From Chlamydiota bacterium (GTDB lineage: Bacteria > Auribacterota > Tritonobacteria > UBA1439): 64,000 nt of DNA. The notes beneath the pieces were generated by a model that did not search any database, had not been told where the DNA came from, and was given only the letters and a program-made list of their open reading frames with translations. The stretch covers positions 35,660 to 99,659 of the forward strand of contig JBAXOY010000001.1 of assembly GCA_037133055.1 (NCBI GenBank), given 5' to 3'. The position numbers were made by a program, and so were the translations under genes. Below, in pieces: positions 17,387 to 26,422 of this stretch; position 1 is the first letter of the stretch, and the number at the start of each line of letters is the position of its first letter.

Positions 17387-18217
17387 CTAATAATACGACC
17401 CGGTGGACTGGAACGCGCTGCGGCGTTGCCTGGCCATATCCATCAAAAGGTTTTCAGCGGATTCAGGGGACGTTCGATACTGGAGCCAGTACTTCCGGGC
17501 TGATTCAGGCAGGACGATGATGCCCTCCCCGTTCGCGACGCCCGCGAGGATGATCCGCGCCGCCTCTTCCGCGGGGATCGCATTGTCCGGGGGCTTCACC
17601 TCCCTGCGTTCGCCGATGATCGGCGTCCCGTAGATGCGGGTGGCGACGTCCGCGGGGCACACGGCGGAGAGATGAATGCCCTCGTCCGCGAGTTCGAAGC
17701 GGAGGCTTTCGCTGAGGCCCACCAGCGCATACTTGGTGGCGCAGTACAGGGCCTGGAACGGGAACGGCATGAGCCCGGCGAGCGACGACGTGTTGATGAG
17801 GTGACCCCCGCCCTGGCGGCGCATGACCGGGATGGCGGCGTGGACCCCGTAGATGATGCCCCAGAGGTTGACGTCAATGAGGCGGCGCCAATGCTCCAGC
17901 GTCGCGTCGCCGATCGGCATCGTGCATCCGACGCCGGCATTGTTGAAGAGAAAATCCAGCCGGCCATGGCGCGACGCCGCGTCCTGGATCAACCTCTGCA
18001 CCTGTCCCTGGCTCGTCACGTCGACGTTCGCGGAATGCACACGCCCGGCATGTGCGCCGAGCCGTTCGACCGCGGAGACCAGCGTCTTCGCATCCCGATC
18101 CGCCAGTACGACAGCCGCGCCCGCATGCAGAAGCGCTTCCGCGACTGCAAAGCCGATACCCGACGCCGCGCCGGTGACCACGCACCCCTTGTCGCGGAAG
18201 TGTTCTTCGACATGCAT
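17387..18217 (-). CDS. Short-chain dehydrogenase/reductase
   Basis: TGAASGIG, NNAG and YCATK motifs. Confidence 0.93.
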   Translation of the reverse strand: MHVEEHFRDKGCVVTGAASGIGFAVAEALLHAGAAVVLADRDAKTLVSAVERLGAHAGRVHSANVDVTSQGQVQRLIQDAASRHGRLDFLFNNAGVGCTMPIGDATLEHWRRLIDVNLWGIIYGVHAAIPVMRRQGGGHLINTSSLAGLMPFPFQALYCATKYALVGLSESLRFELADEGIHLSAVCPADVATRIYGTPIIGERREVKPPDNAIPAEEAARIILAGVANGEGIIVLPESARKYWLQYRTSPESAENLLMDMARQRRSAFQSTGSYY

Positions 18218-18555
18218 GTCACGTCCTCCCCTCTATGGACTTGTGTGATGGCGTTCGGTGATACTGCAAAACAAGGGTTCTCTTCCGTACCTTACCTCTC
18301 ACGCAATCCGCGGACTGGACCGCGGACGGCGCTCCACGTAAAACGAAAAGAAGATTCCTACGCGATGCGCGCCTCGCAGGATTATAGGAGGGGTTATCCT
18401 CCTTGACCAGCATTTAGATTGCGCGCGTGCATCGGCCCCGGTGTGGCCGTCGCGAACCGGCGATCCGTACCGCGACAGGCGCCGCCGCGACTGCCGCATC
18501 GCTCACGGGGCATGGCTGTGCTACACTGGAGCGGATAGGGAAGGCCGACCGTACC

Positions 18556-19674
18556 ATGGACACCGCGCGATTCATCCGCAACGAACTGCCCCGGCTCTTT
18601 CCGCCCCCGCCCCGCCCGGTGAGCGCGGCGCTCCTGAAACTCGGGCGCCGGCTCGCGGAGGGCGGGAGTCTTCGCGCGGCGGATGCGGCGAGCGCAGTGG
18701 AGATCATGATGGGGGGAGAGTGCGACCCGTATGAGGCGGGGCTCTTTCTCTCCGCGTTCCAATCGTCCGACTGCACCCCGCGGGCGCTCGCCGCGATGGC
18801 CGGGGTGATGCGGGCGAAGATGGTGCCCGTCGCGGTCCGCCCAGGTGAAGGGCCCCTCGGCGACAACTGCGGCACGGGGGGAGACAGCCTGCATCTCTTC
18901 AATGTCTCCACCGCCGCCATGTTCATCCTTGCCGCGGCGGGGGTCAGGATCGCCAAGCACGGGAACCGGGCGAGCACCTCGCGATGCGGGAGCGCGGACG
19001 CCCTCGAAGCGCTGGGCGCGCTGATCGATCTCGGCCCGGAGGAGGTCGCCCGCTGCATCGGGGAGGCCGGGATAGGATTCATGTTCGCTCCGCGTTACCA
19101 CCCGGCGATGAAAAACGTCTCGGAGGTCCGGAGGGCGCTGCCGTTCCGCACCGTCTTCAACCTGCTGGGTCCGCTCTGCAACCCGGCCCCCGTCGACTTC
19201 CAGATCCTCGGCGTCTATCATCCGGACATGCTCGACCTCGCGGGGAAAGCCGCGCGGATTCTGAAAATCCCGCGCGCGCTCATCGTCTGCGGCCGAACGG
19301 GGCATAAGGGTGCGTGGATGGACGAGGTGTCGGTATCGGGAGCGACCCGGGCGGTCATGCTCTCGAAGGGACGGATGCGTCCCGTGGAGATCACGCCGCG
19401 CGCGCTTGGAATTCCCTGCGCCCCGATTGACTCGCTCCGGGGCGGGACGCCGCGCAGGAACGCGGGGATCCTCACGGAGATACTTGCGGGGAAGGACAAG
19501 GGCCCTCGCCGGGACATCTGTCTCGCCAACGCGGCCGTGGGACTCTATGCTGCCGGGACAGCGCCGGACCTCCGTGAGGGAATGGCCCGCGCACGCGAGG
19601 CGCTCGAGAGCGGCAGGGCAATCGAGAAACTCGAACAGTTCATCGCCGCGACCCGGCGTCTGGGTCAGAAATGA
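18556..19674 (+). CDS. trpD: Anthranilate phosphoribosyltransferase
   Basis: DNCGTGGD, FNVSTAA, IAKHGNRA...GSADALEALG, FAPRYHPAMK, RTVFNLLGPLCNP and MDEVS motifs. Confidence 0.93.
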   Translation: MDTARFIRNELPRLFPPPPRPVSAALLKLGRRLAEGGSLRAADAASAVEIMMGGECDPYEAGLFLSAFQSSDCTPRALAAMAGVMRAKMVPVAVRPGEGPLGDNCGTGGDSLHLFNVSTAAMFILAAAGVRIAKHGNRASTSRCGSADALEALGALIDLGPEEVARCIGEAGIGFMFAPRYHPAMKNVSEVRRALPFRTVFNLLGPLCNPAPVDFQILGVYHPDMLDLAGKAARILKIPRALIVCGRTGHKGAWMDEVSVSGATRAVMLSKGRMRPVEITPRALGIPCAPIDSLRGGTPRRNAGILTEILAGKDKGPRRDICLANAAVGLYAAGTAPDLREGMARAREALESGRAIEKLEQFIAATRRLGQK

Positions 19675-20480
19675 TATTCCGGGTTATGTCGGTCGAAATC
19701 CTTGTCGGTGAAGCCGGGGTTCAGCTCAAGGTTTTCGTAGAGGTATTCCTCGGAGAGGTTGTTGTCCCAGTCATAGATTCGAATCTTCACCGGGAGGCCG
19801 TTCTCCTCGTCGAACCAGACCATGCACCGGTAGCAGTAGTACCCCTTCGAGCGGTCCGCCGGCAGCACCGACTCGAGCACCCGCGTACGCCGCCCGGAAA
19901 CCGTCTCCGTCCCCCTGTCGATCACGTCGCTCGCCTTTTCACCCCGCGCGCGCCGCGCATTTTTCATGAATACATCGAGAAAATATCCTATCCCCGTGTG
20001 ATTGATCGGGTGAATGTTGTCGCGCATCACCCAGTACCCGTCGACGTCGATGGGGATGACCGGGGTCACCATGCCCTTCCATCCCCCCGCCCGGACAAGT
20101 GCCCTCGGCCCGTACCGTGAAGGCGAGTAGAGCATCTCCTGGCCTTCATGCTGTTTCGAGAGCCATTTCATGTAGACGTCCATCGGCTTCCTGAATTTGA
20201 GAAGTATCCGCTGGGCATCCTGGAGCCCGCCGCCGATGCGCTGGCGCTTCTCGAACATGCACCGGTACTCCCGCACCTTCCCGTACTGTTCGACGGCACG
20301 GTCGATAACGCCATGAAGCCTCGCGAGGTCTTCACCCGCCGCGCCGGGCCCGGACTCTTCATTGCGGGGCGGCGCGGGCGCCGGAGCGACCGCGCACCCG
20401 TACATCGCGGCAAGCGCCGCGGAAACCGCAAGGACCCCCTGCACCCGTCCGAACCTCTTCACCCACGCCGCGTATTTCAT
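19665..20480 (-). CDS. DUF1571-type (LolA-like fold) lipoprotein
   Basis: Lipobox-like MYGC; KFRKPMDVYMKW, GQEMLY and EEYLYENLELNPGFTDKDFD.HNPEYHF motifs. Confidence 0.7.
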   Translation of the reverse strand: MKYAAWVKRFGRVQGVLAVSAALAAMYGCAVAPAPAPPRNEESGPGAAGEDLARLHGVIDRAVEQYGKVREYRCMFEKRQRIGGGLQDAQRILLKFRKPMDVYMKWLSKQHEGQEMLYSPSRYGPRALVRAGGWKGMVTPVIPIDVDGYWVMRDNIHPINHTGIGYFLDVFMKNARRARGEKASDVIDRGTETVSGRRTRVLESVLPADRSKGYYCYRCMVWFDEENGLPVKIRIYDWDNNLSEEYLYENLELNPGFTDKDFDRHNPEYHF

Positions 20481-22669
20481 TCGCCCTCCCCGTAGAGTTC
20501 CCGCACGACCGCCCTGAGCGTCTCAGCGTCGAGCAGGTATAGCTGGTTGAGAATATTTTTTCGGCCGTCGATCCCGGGAAACGCGCCGGGGCGCGACGCC
20601 ACGCGGCCCACGATCGCATCGAGAACGCGGCGGCAGGCGTCCCTGTGCGCCCCCGTCGCTCCCGCGAGCTGCGCGTGGACCGTCAGGAGCCAGAGCGACG
20701 GATCGCCGCCGCGGGCGAGACTGCATACGGTGGCGCGCTCCTCGAACCATCTCTCGATCCGCCGCGGAGAGAAGAGCGCGCGAGCGGCGAGCCCGATGCA
20801 CCGCGCGGGATGCTTCGAGACGGGGAGGAAGCGCCTCAAGTCGCCGAGGTGCAGGCGCTCGTGCGCGGCGACAAGTTCGGCGTACCGGTCCTCGATGCGC
20901 GCCTCGATCGGCTCCCCCGCCGGGCAGGAGATCGACCGGCAGACTTTCTCGAAAAGCCTCTTCTCGAGCATGCGTGAGAACAGCACCTCGCGCGGCCCGA
21001 GCGGACCACGGCCGGTCTCATCGAGAAACCACGAGTGCCCGAGCGGATCCCTCCTCCGCGAGCCCCGCGACTCGCACAGGTCGCTCCACCGCGACGGGTC
21101 GTAGAAGACCGCGAGACCCGTGAACGGCGGGTAGGCCAGCCCGCTCTCCCCCTCCATCACGCCGCTGCCCGACGGGCAGCAGGTGGTCTCCCAGTGGAAC
21201 GGCCCGCGCGCGTCGCCGCGCCTGAGCGCGCACCGGATCACCTCGGCGACCTCGAAGGTCATCCGCCGCGCGCACACGTTCTCAAAAAAGATGATCTCGC
21301 GGTTCCCCCCGCGGAGCGCGTCGAGCAGCGGCTGGGGCCGTCCCGTGGCGTCGCCGAACCAGCGGACCCCGGCGAGGGAGCGGATCGACCCCGGCAGGAC
21401 CACCGGCCGCCCCGCCGCCTCCGCCGTCACCCGGGTGAGCTCTCCCACCGCGCGGGGGAAAGAGATGCGGGGAGACCGCCGGCGTGTGCCGCTATCGAGC
21501 CACTTCCCGTAGCGGCCCAGTGCGTCCAGAACCTTCACCCCCTCGGCATCCGCGGCGAGGGGACCGCCGCGCGCCGCGTCTCCTCCCTCGGCCCTGCGGA
21601 CGGAGGCCGCCTCCGCCCACCAGCCCATCGCCTCGTACGACTCCGCAAGGGCGGCGAACGCAGCGGGACCGGCGCCGGGAGGTGCCGCGCGCGCCGTCTC
21701 CTCGACACGGCGCCAGAGGGGCAGGAGCCGGTTGTCCTCCGCGGAGAGCTGCATCCCGAAAAGCGAGCGCCACAGCCCGACCGCCTTCCCGTGGAGACCT
21801 GAGTCGGCGTAAAGGCGGCGCAGGTCCTGCGCGAAAACGAAGGGGAGCGGCCCCGCGCGCGCGGCGTTCTCGTACCATTCGACCGCCCCCGCCCGGTCCC
21901 CGCCCCGCGCCAGAAAATATCCCCTGTACGCCGCGAGCGGCGGACTCCCCGGGAAACGGGCTGCCGCGATCGCGCTTATGGCCGCCCCCTCGTCCGTCCG
22001 GTCGAGGGCCTGGCACTCCGAAAGCGCCGCGGCAAACAGCTCGCCCGGCGCGTCCTCATCCCGAAGAAGCTCCCGGTAGAGTTGGAGGGCCCGCTCGCGC
22101 CTCCCCGCGAGCGACTCGAGATGCGCCTTCGCGATGCGAGCCTGCATGAATAACCGGTCACCGTCGAGCGCCGCGGCGATCTCCTCCTCCGCCCCCTCCC
22201 GGTCTCCCCGGCCCAGGAGATTCATGGCCCTGCCGTAATGCCCCCAGGGGAAACGCGGGTCGAGCGCGATCACCCGAGCGAACTCCCGGTCCTGGCTCGA
22301 TGGATCGTCGAGAAGACGACCGTACAGGTAGCGCAGGGCGGGGTCGCCGGGGTTCCGGCGCACCGCCGCCCCGTAGTCCCGCGCCAGCTCCTCCTGAAAC
22401 CCTAGGTCGAGCATGAGGTTCTGGTATTCCCGGTGCGCCGGGATATGGCCGGGGAGGAGAACGGTCGCGGCGCGGAACTCATCGAGCGCCGCATCGTACC
22501 GAAGGGACATCCTGAGGGCGAGCCCCCGCCGGTAATGCGCGTCCGCCGGGGACGACGCCCCCCGGACGGACTCCCCGGGGGGGGATTCCTTTTCATCCTT
22601 CGAGGCCGGCGATGCCGCGGAAAGGGCACAGGCGCAGAACAACAGCGCGACTGCCGGGGTTCTTTTCAT
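20477..22669 (-). CDS. Exported TPR-repeat protein with a C-terminal HExxH motif
   Basis: Signal peptide; TPRs (AHYRRG...ALDEFRAA; PWGHYGRA); AAHERLH...EERA. Confidence 0.75.
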   Translation of the reverse strand: MKRTPAVALLFCACALSAASPASKDEKESPPGESVRGASSPADAHYRRGLALRMSLRYDAALDEFRAATVLLPGHIPAHREYQNLMLDLGFQEELARDYGAAVRRNPGDPALRYLYGRLLDDPSSQDREFARVIALDPRFPWGHYGRAMNLLGRGDREGAEEEIAAALDGDRLFMQARIAKAHLESLAGRRERALQLYRELLRDEDAPGELFAAALSECQALDRTDEGAAISAIAAARFPGSPPLAAYRGYFLARGGDRAGAVEWYENAARAGPLPFVFAQDLRRLYADSGLHGKAVGLWRSLFGMQLSAEDNRLLPLWRRVEETARAAPPGAGPAAFAALAESYEAMGWWAEAASVRRAEGGDAARGGPLAADAEGVKVLDALGRYGKWLDSGTRRRSPRISFPRAVGELTRVTAEAAGRPVVLPGSIRSLAGVRWFGDATGRPQPLLDALRGGNREIIFFENVCARRMTFEVAEVIRCALRRGDARGPFHWETTCCPSGSGVMEGESGLAYPPFTGLAVFYDPSRWSDLCESRGSRRRDPLGHSWFLDETGRGPLGPREVLFSRMLEKRLFEKVCRSISCPAGEPIEARIEDRYAELVAAHERLHLGDLRRFLPVSKHPARCIGLAARALFSPRRIERWFEERATVCSLARGGDPSLWLLTVHAQLAGATGAHRDACRRVLDAIVGRVASRPGAFPGIDGRKNILNQLYLLDAETLRAVVRELYGEGE

Positions 22670-22793
22670 GGGCAGTAGTATATACCGGAGAGACCCCGGT
22701 AACTGCATATATTGATGCGCACGGGGACGGTGTGGTATAGTGGACGCTCGGCACGCAGGCCGCGCACGACGAACCGAAAGGAGCCGGAAAGCC

Positions 22794-24068
22794 ATGAAAC
22801 TCTTTGCCCGCAGCGCCGCGCTTTGCATCGCCCTCATATTTGCCTTGTTCACCATCGCAGCCGCCATGGGGCGCAAGCCCACGGGACCGCCCGCGGCCCC
22901 GGCGAGAGGGAAACCCGCGATGCCGTCCCTCCCGGTGACCGTCGTCCCCGCCCCGGAGGCACGACACGATGTCCCGGCAGCCCCCGTTCCCGCCGCAAGT
23001 CCCGTGCACCCCGTCAGCGTTGCGGGGGCACCGCATGAAACACCCCAGCCCGCCGCAACGCCCAAGGGGCCGCAGCCGAAGATCGTCTTCGAGGAGCTGA
23101 AACACGATTTCGGCGAGGTCGTGGGCGTTGAGAAGGTCGAGCACATCTACAGATTCCGGAACAACGGACCGGGAGAACTGAAGGTGGACAAGGTCTCCAC
23201 GACCTGCGGCTGCACCGCGGCGCTGATCTCGTCCAAGGAGATCCCGCCCGGCGGAAAGGGCGAGATCAAGACCACGTTCACCGTCGGGGGGAGACAGGGG
23301 AAGCAGACGAAACACATCTACGTCTTCTCGAACGACCCGATCGAGCCCAAGGCATGTCTCATTCTCGAGGGGACGATCATTCCCCCGCTCGCCGTGGAGC
23401 CCGCGAACGTCATGCTCCAGGACACAAAGTCCGAATCCGCGCGGACGGTCAGGATCTTACAGACAATGCCCGAAGAGCTCACGATCGAGGAGCCGACCAC
23501 GCGCCTGAACCTGGTGACTGCGAAGCTCCGCAGCGACCAGCCCGAGAACGGGAAGAAACGCTACACCATCGAGATCACCCTTAAACCCGACCTCGAGACC
23601 GGCCGGTATTCCGAAAATCTGACCGTGGTGACGAACTGCAAGACGAAGCCGAAAATAGAGATCCCCGTGCGGATCACCGTGAACGGGGACATCACGGCAT
23701 CTCCCAGCCGGATAAGCCTCGGGCAGCTCGCCCCTGGACAGGAGGTCACCCGCTCGATCACCCTCGCGAGCACCCGGGATCAGGCGTTCACGATCCTGAA
23801 GATCGAGATCGACAACGCCGCGTTCACCATCAGCCCGTCGACTCCGCCCGCTCCCGCGCAGACATACACCTTCACCGTGACCGGGAAACCGGAGTCGGCG
23901 ACCGGGGGGGTAAGGGCAACGGTCACCTTCACCCTCGATCACCCGAAGCAAAAAACGATCGAAGTCCCGATCTACGGATGGCTGCGCGTCGAGCGCACCC
24001 CCGTCCCGCCGCGCGCGGCCCCGCAGGGGAGCCCCGCGCCTGCCGCCGCAGGTCAGGTCAAGCCTTAG
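22794..24068 (+). CDS. DUF1573 domain protein (Ig-like repeats), exported
   Basis: Signal and Pro-rich linker; HDFGEV...FRNNGPGELKVDKVSTTCGCTAA...IPPGGKGEI. Confidence 0.85.
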   Translation: MKLFARSAALCIALIFALFTIAAAMGRKPTGPPAAPARGKPAMPSLPVTVVPAPEARHDVPAAPVPAASPVHPVSVAGAPHETPQPAATPKGPQPKIVFEELKHDFGEVVGVEKVEHIYRFRNNGPGELKVDKVSTTCGCTAALISSKEIPPGGKGEIKTTFTVGGRQGKQTKHIYVFSNDPIEPKACLILEGTIIPPLAVEPANVMLQDTKSESARTVRILQTMPEELTIEEPTTRLNLVTAKLRSDQPENGKKRYTIEITLKPDLETGRYSENLTVVTNCKTKPKIEIPVRITVNGDITASPSRISLGQLAPGQEVTRSITLASTRDQAFTILKIEIDNAAFTISPSTPPAPAQTYTFTVTGKPESATGGVRATVTFTLDHPKQKTIEVPIYGWLRVERTPVPPRAAPQGSPAPAAAGQVKP

Positions 24069-24765
24069 CCCGAGCGGCCGGGAAGCGCAATTCCTTTTCG
24101 AGCGCCCCGCGCACATCCTCGAATGTGCGGTAGCGTCGGAAGCGTATGCCCTCTCGCGCGCAGTGCGCCGCGAGAACCCCTTTCGCGAACACCACCTCCG
24201 CATGGCCGGCGGGGCAGCGGTCCGTCACCCCGTTCCCGATGAAGACGGTCCGCATCCCCCTCCGCTTCGCGCGGACAAGGGGAGCTGATTTGCAGTGGTT
24301 GCATTCTCCGCAGAGCCGCCGCCGGCGCGAGGGGATCACTTTCCATCTCCGGCCGGAGACCCTCACCTCGTTCGCGCGCACCTCCAGCCCCCCGAGGCCG
24401 TGCCGGCGGAGCACCCGTCCGATGATCGAGGCGAACCCGCCGCTCAACACCGTGAGCGGCAGCCCCCGCTCCCCGAGCCATGCCGCGAAACGCGGGAATG
24501 AGGGGTCGATCGCCACGTCGCGGTCGACGACCGCCATCGCCTCGCCGCGAGGAGCGCGCACCAGGTCGAACTCCATCTGCAGGCTCCTCCTGTCCCCGAT
24601 GCGCCCGGCCGCAACCTCGGCCTCGATGCGTCGCCACGCGTTCCCGGTAAAGACGGTGAGAATATGCTGGAGCGAGTCGACGGTCGTCACCGTCCCGTCG
24701 AAATCCGTAAACACCGCCAGTTTCTTTTTCACGCGATCGAGTTCCCCCCGATGCCGGCCCGACAT
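24058..24765 (-). CDS. MtnX-like HAD-IB phosphatase
   Basis: FTDFDGTVT, VLSGGF, CGECNHCK and FIGNGVTDRCPA..A.VVFAK motifs; alternative GTG start at 24732. Confidence 0.85.
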   Translation of the reverse strand: MSGRHRGELDRVKKKLAVFTDFDGTVTTVDSLQHILTVFTGNAWRRIEAEVAAGRIGDRRSLQMEFDLVRAPRGEAMAVVDRDVAIDPSFPRFAAWLGERGLPLTVLSGGFASIIGRVLRRHGLGGLEVRANEVRVSGRRWKVIPSRRRRLCGECNHCKSAPLVRAKRRGMRTVFIGNGVTDRCPAGHAEVVFAKGVLAAHCAREGIRFRRYRTFEDVRGALEKELRFPAARAKA

Positions 24766-24862
24766 GGTACGCAATCCCCCGCGTATGTGCAAGCGCGGCC
24801 TTGACTTTCAGCGCGGCCTTGACCCTCTTCTATTCGAGAAGGCCGCGGGGTATAATAGGCCC

Positions 24863-26374
24863 ATGAAGATCCTGCGCCTCGTGGCGCTCTTCGTCATCCT
24901 CTTCTTCGCCGCGATTGCGGCGCTCTCCTACGCCCTGTTCCTCCGCCCGGCCGCGCTCAAGGCCCGGGTCCGGGATCTCATCCGACAGTACCTTATCGCC
25001 GACATCAGCCTCGGCTCCGCGTCGCTCGACCCGTTTTCCGGCCTCACCCTCAGGGGGCTCAACGTGCGGAAATCCAAGGGGAACGAGCTGCTCTTCAAGG
25101 CGGACCGCATCCGCGTGAGGCCGCGATGGACCGCGCTCGCGAGGATGAAGTTCCGGGTCAAGGAGCTGAACCTGCAGAACGCCGACCTCCGGTTCGACAG
25201 GGACCGCGCGGGCCGCTCGAACTGGGAGGGGGTGGTCGCGAAGACTACGGCGGGCGGGGCGGGCCCTCCCCCGGTATTCACGCTCACGCGCGGCAGGGTG
25301 ACGATCGGCGGCTGTCTCATCCAGGGACTCACCTGCGAGCTCACGCCCTTCCCGTCGGAGAAGCTCGTCGCCCTGCGCGGCACGGTGGACGATCCGTTCT
25401 GGGGCTCCTACACCGTTTCCGGAAACGCCGACCTCGGCGCCGAAACGCTGCGGGTCTCGTTCGAGAGCACGGACCTGCGCGTCACCGAGGGCTGGATCAC
25501 GGCCCTCCCGTTCATCGGCATGGACATCTGGACGCGCTATCGCCCCGCCGGGCTCTTCGACCTGACGGGGACTATGGCCCTGTGCTGGGGCTCCGCGCGC
25601 ACAGGGGACTACAGCCTCATCTTCACCGCAAAGGATTCCTCCTGCCGCTATCTGGCATTCCCCGTCACGAAGGCGACGGGGCGGGTGTTCGTGGACCCGC
25701 GCTCGGTGATCGTGAACCACCTCGACGGGAAAATGTTCGGCGGAACGGTTGAGGGATACAGCATCGTCAACCTCGACACGCCGTGCACCTACTTCAACCG
25801 CTACAGCTTCGAGGACCTCGACATCAAGGCGCTCATCCGAGGGATCCAGCCGGCGGTGGAGGGGCTGCGCGGCAACGGCAGCGGCTACGTGACCCTCCAG
25901 GGGGACCACTGCCTCGGCGAGGTGCAGGGGCGCGGGGAGCTCGCCGTGACCGACGCGCGCCTCTGGAATCTTCCCGTGCTCCTTCTCGTGCTTTCGAAAA
26001 TCCAGCTCGCGTGGCCGACGCGGGAGGAACCCGCGCAGGAGTGCAGGATCGTCTACGCGTTCACCGGGCAGGTGCTCCGCATCGAGGAGATCAGCGTCTC
26101 AAGCGACGTCCTCGACCTCTACGGGACCGGGACGGTGGGGATCGACGGGGAGATCGACCTCACCCTCTACGCGCGGCCCGTCAGCAAGAGTCCCCTTTTT
26201 CTTGCGGGCATGTTGCTCCAGCCCGCCCTCGACAGCCTCTCGGGGAGTCTTGTCCAGTTCAGGGTCACCGGGACTGTCTCGGACCCATGCCTGACCGTCA
26301 TCCCGCTCTCTCCCGTGAGCAGCAGGATCATCAACTTCTTCGACACCCTCACCCTAAAGCGCTTCAGCTCCTGA
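24863..26374 (+). CDS. AsmA-family protein
   Basis: N-terminal TM; DRAGRSNW; C-terminal LYGTGTVGIDGEIDL...QFRVTGTVSDP. Confidence 0.75.
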   Translation: MKILRLVALFVILFFAAIAALSYALFLRPAALKARVRDLIRQYLIADISLGSASLDPFSGLTLRGLNVRKSKGNELLFKADRIRVRPRWTALARMKFRVKELNLQNADLRFDRDRAGRSNWEGVVAKTTAGGAGPPPVFTLTRGRVTIGGCLIQGLTCELTPFPSEKLVALRGTVDDPFWGSYTVSGNADLGAETLRVSFESTDLRVTEGWITALPFIGMDIWTRYRPAGLFDLTGTMALCWGSARTGDYSLIFTAKDSSCRYLAFPVTKATGRVFVDPRSVIVNHLDGKMFGGTVEGYSIVNLDTPCTYFNRYSFEDLDIKALIRGIQPAVEGLRGNGSGYVTLQGDHCLGEVQGRGELAVTDARLWNLPVLLLVLSKIQLAWPTREEPAQECRIVYAFTGQVLRIEEISVSSDVLDLYGTGTVGIDGEIDLTLYARPVSKSPLFLAGMLLQPALDSLSGSLVQFRVTGTVSDPCLTVIPLSPVSSRIINFFDTLTLKRFSS

Positions 26375-26422
26375 TCCCCGCCCCCTCATCTTCTCCATCT
26401 CGATCGCCCGATAGCTCGATAG

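Noticed and set aside
18218..18555. Hairpin-rich SDR/trpD intergenic region as a riboswitch, T-box or attenuator
   Set aside because: No recognisable aptamer or T-box motif and no Trp-codon leader peptide.
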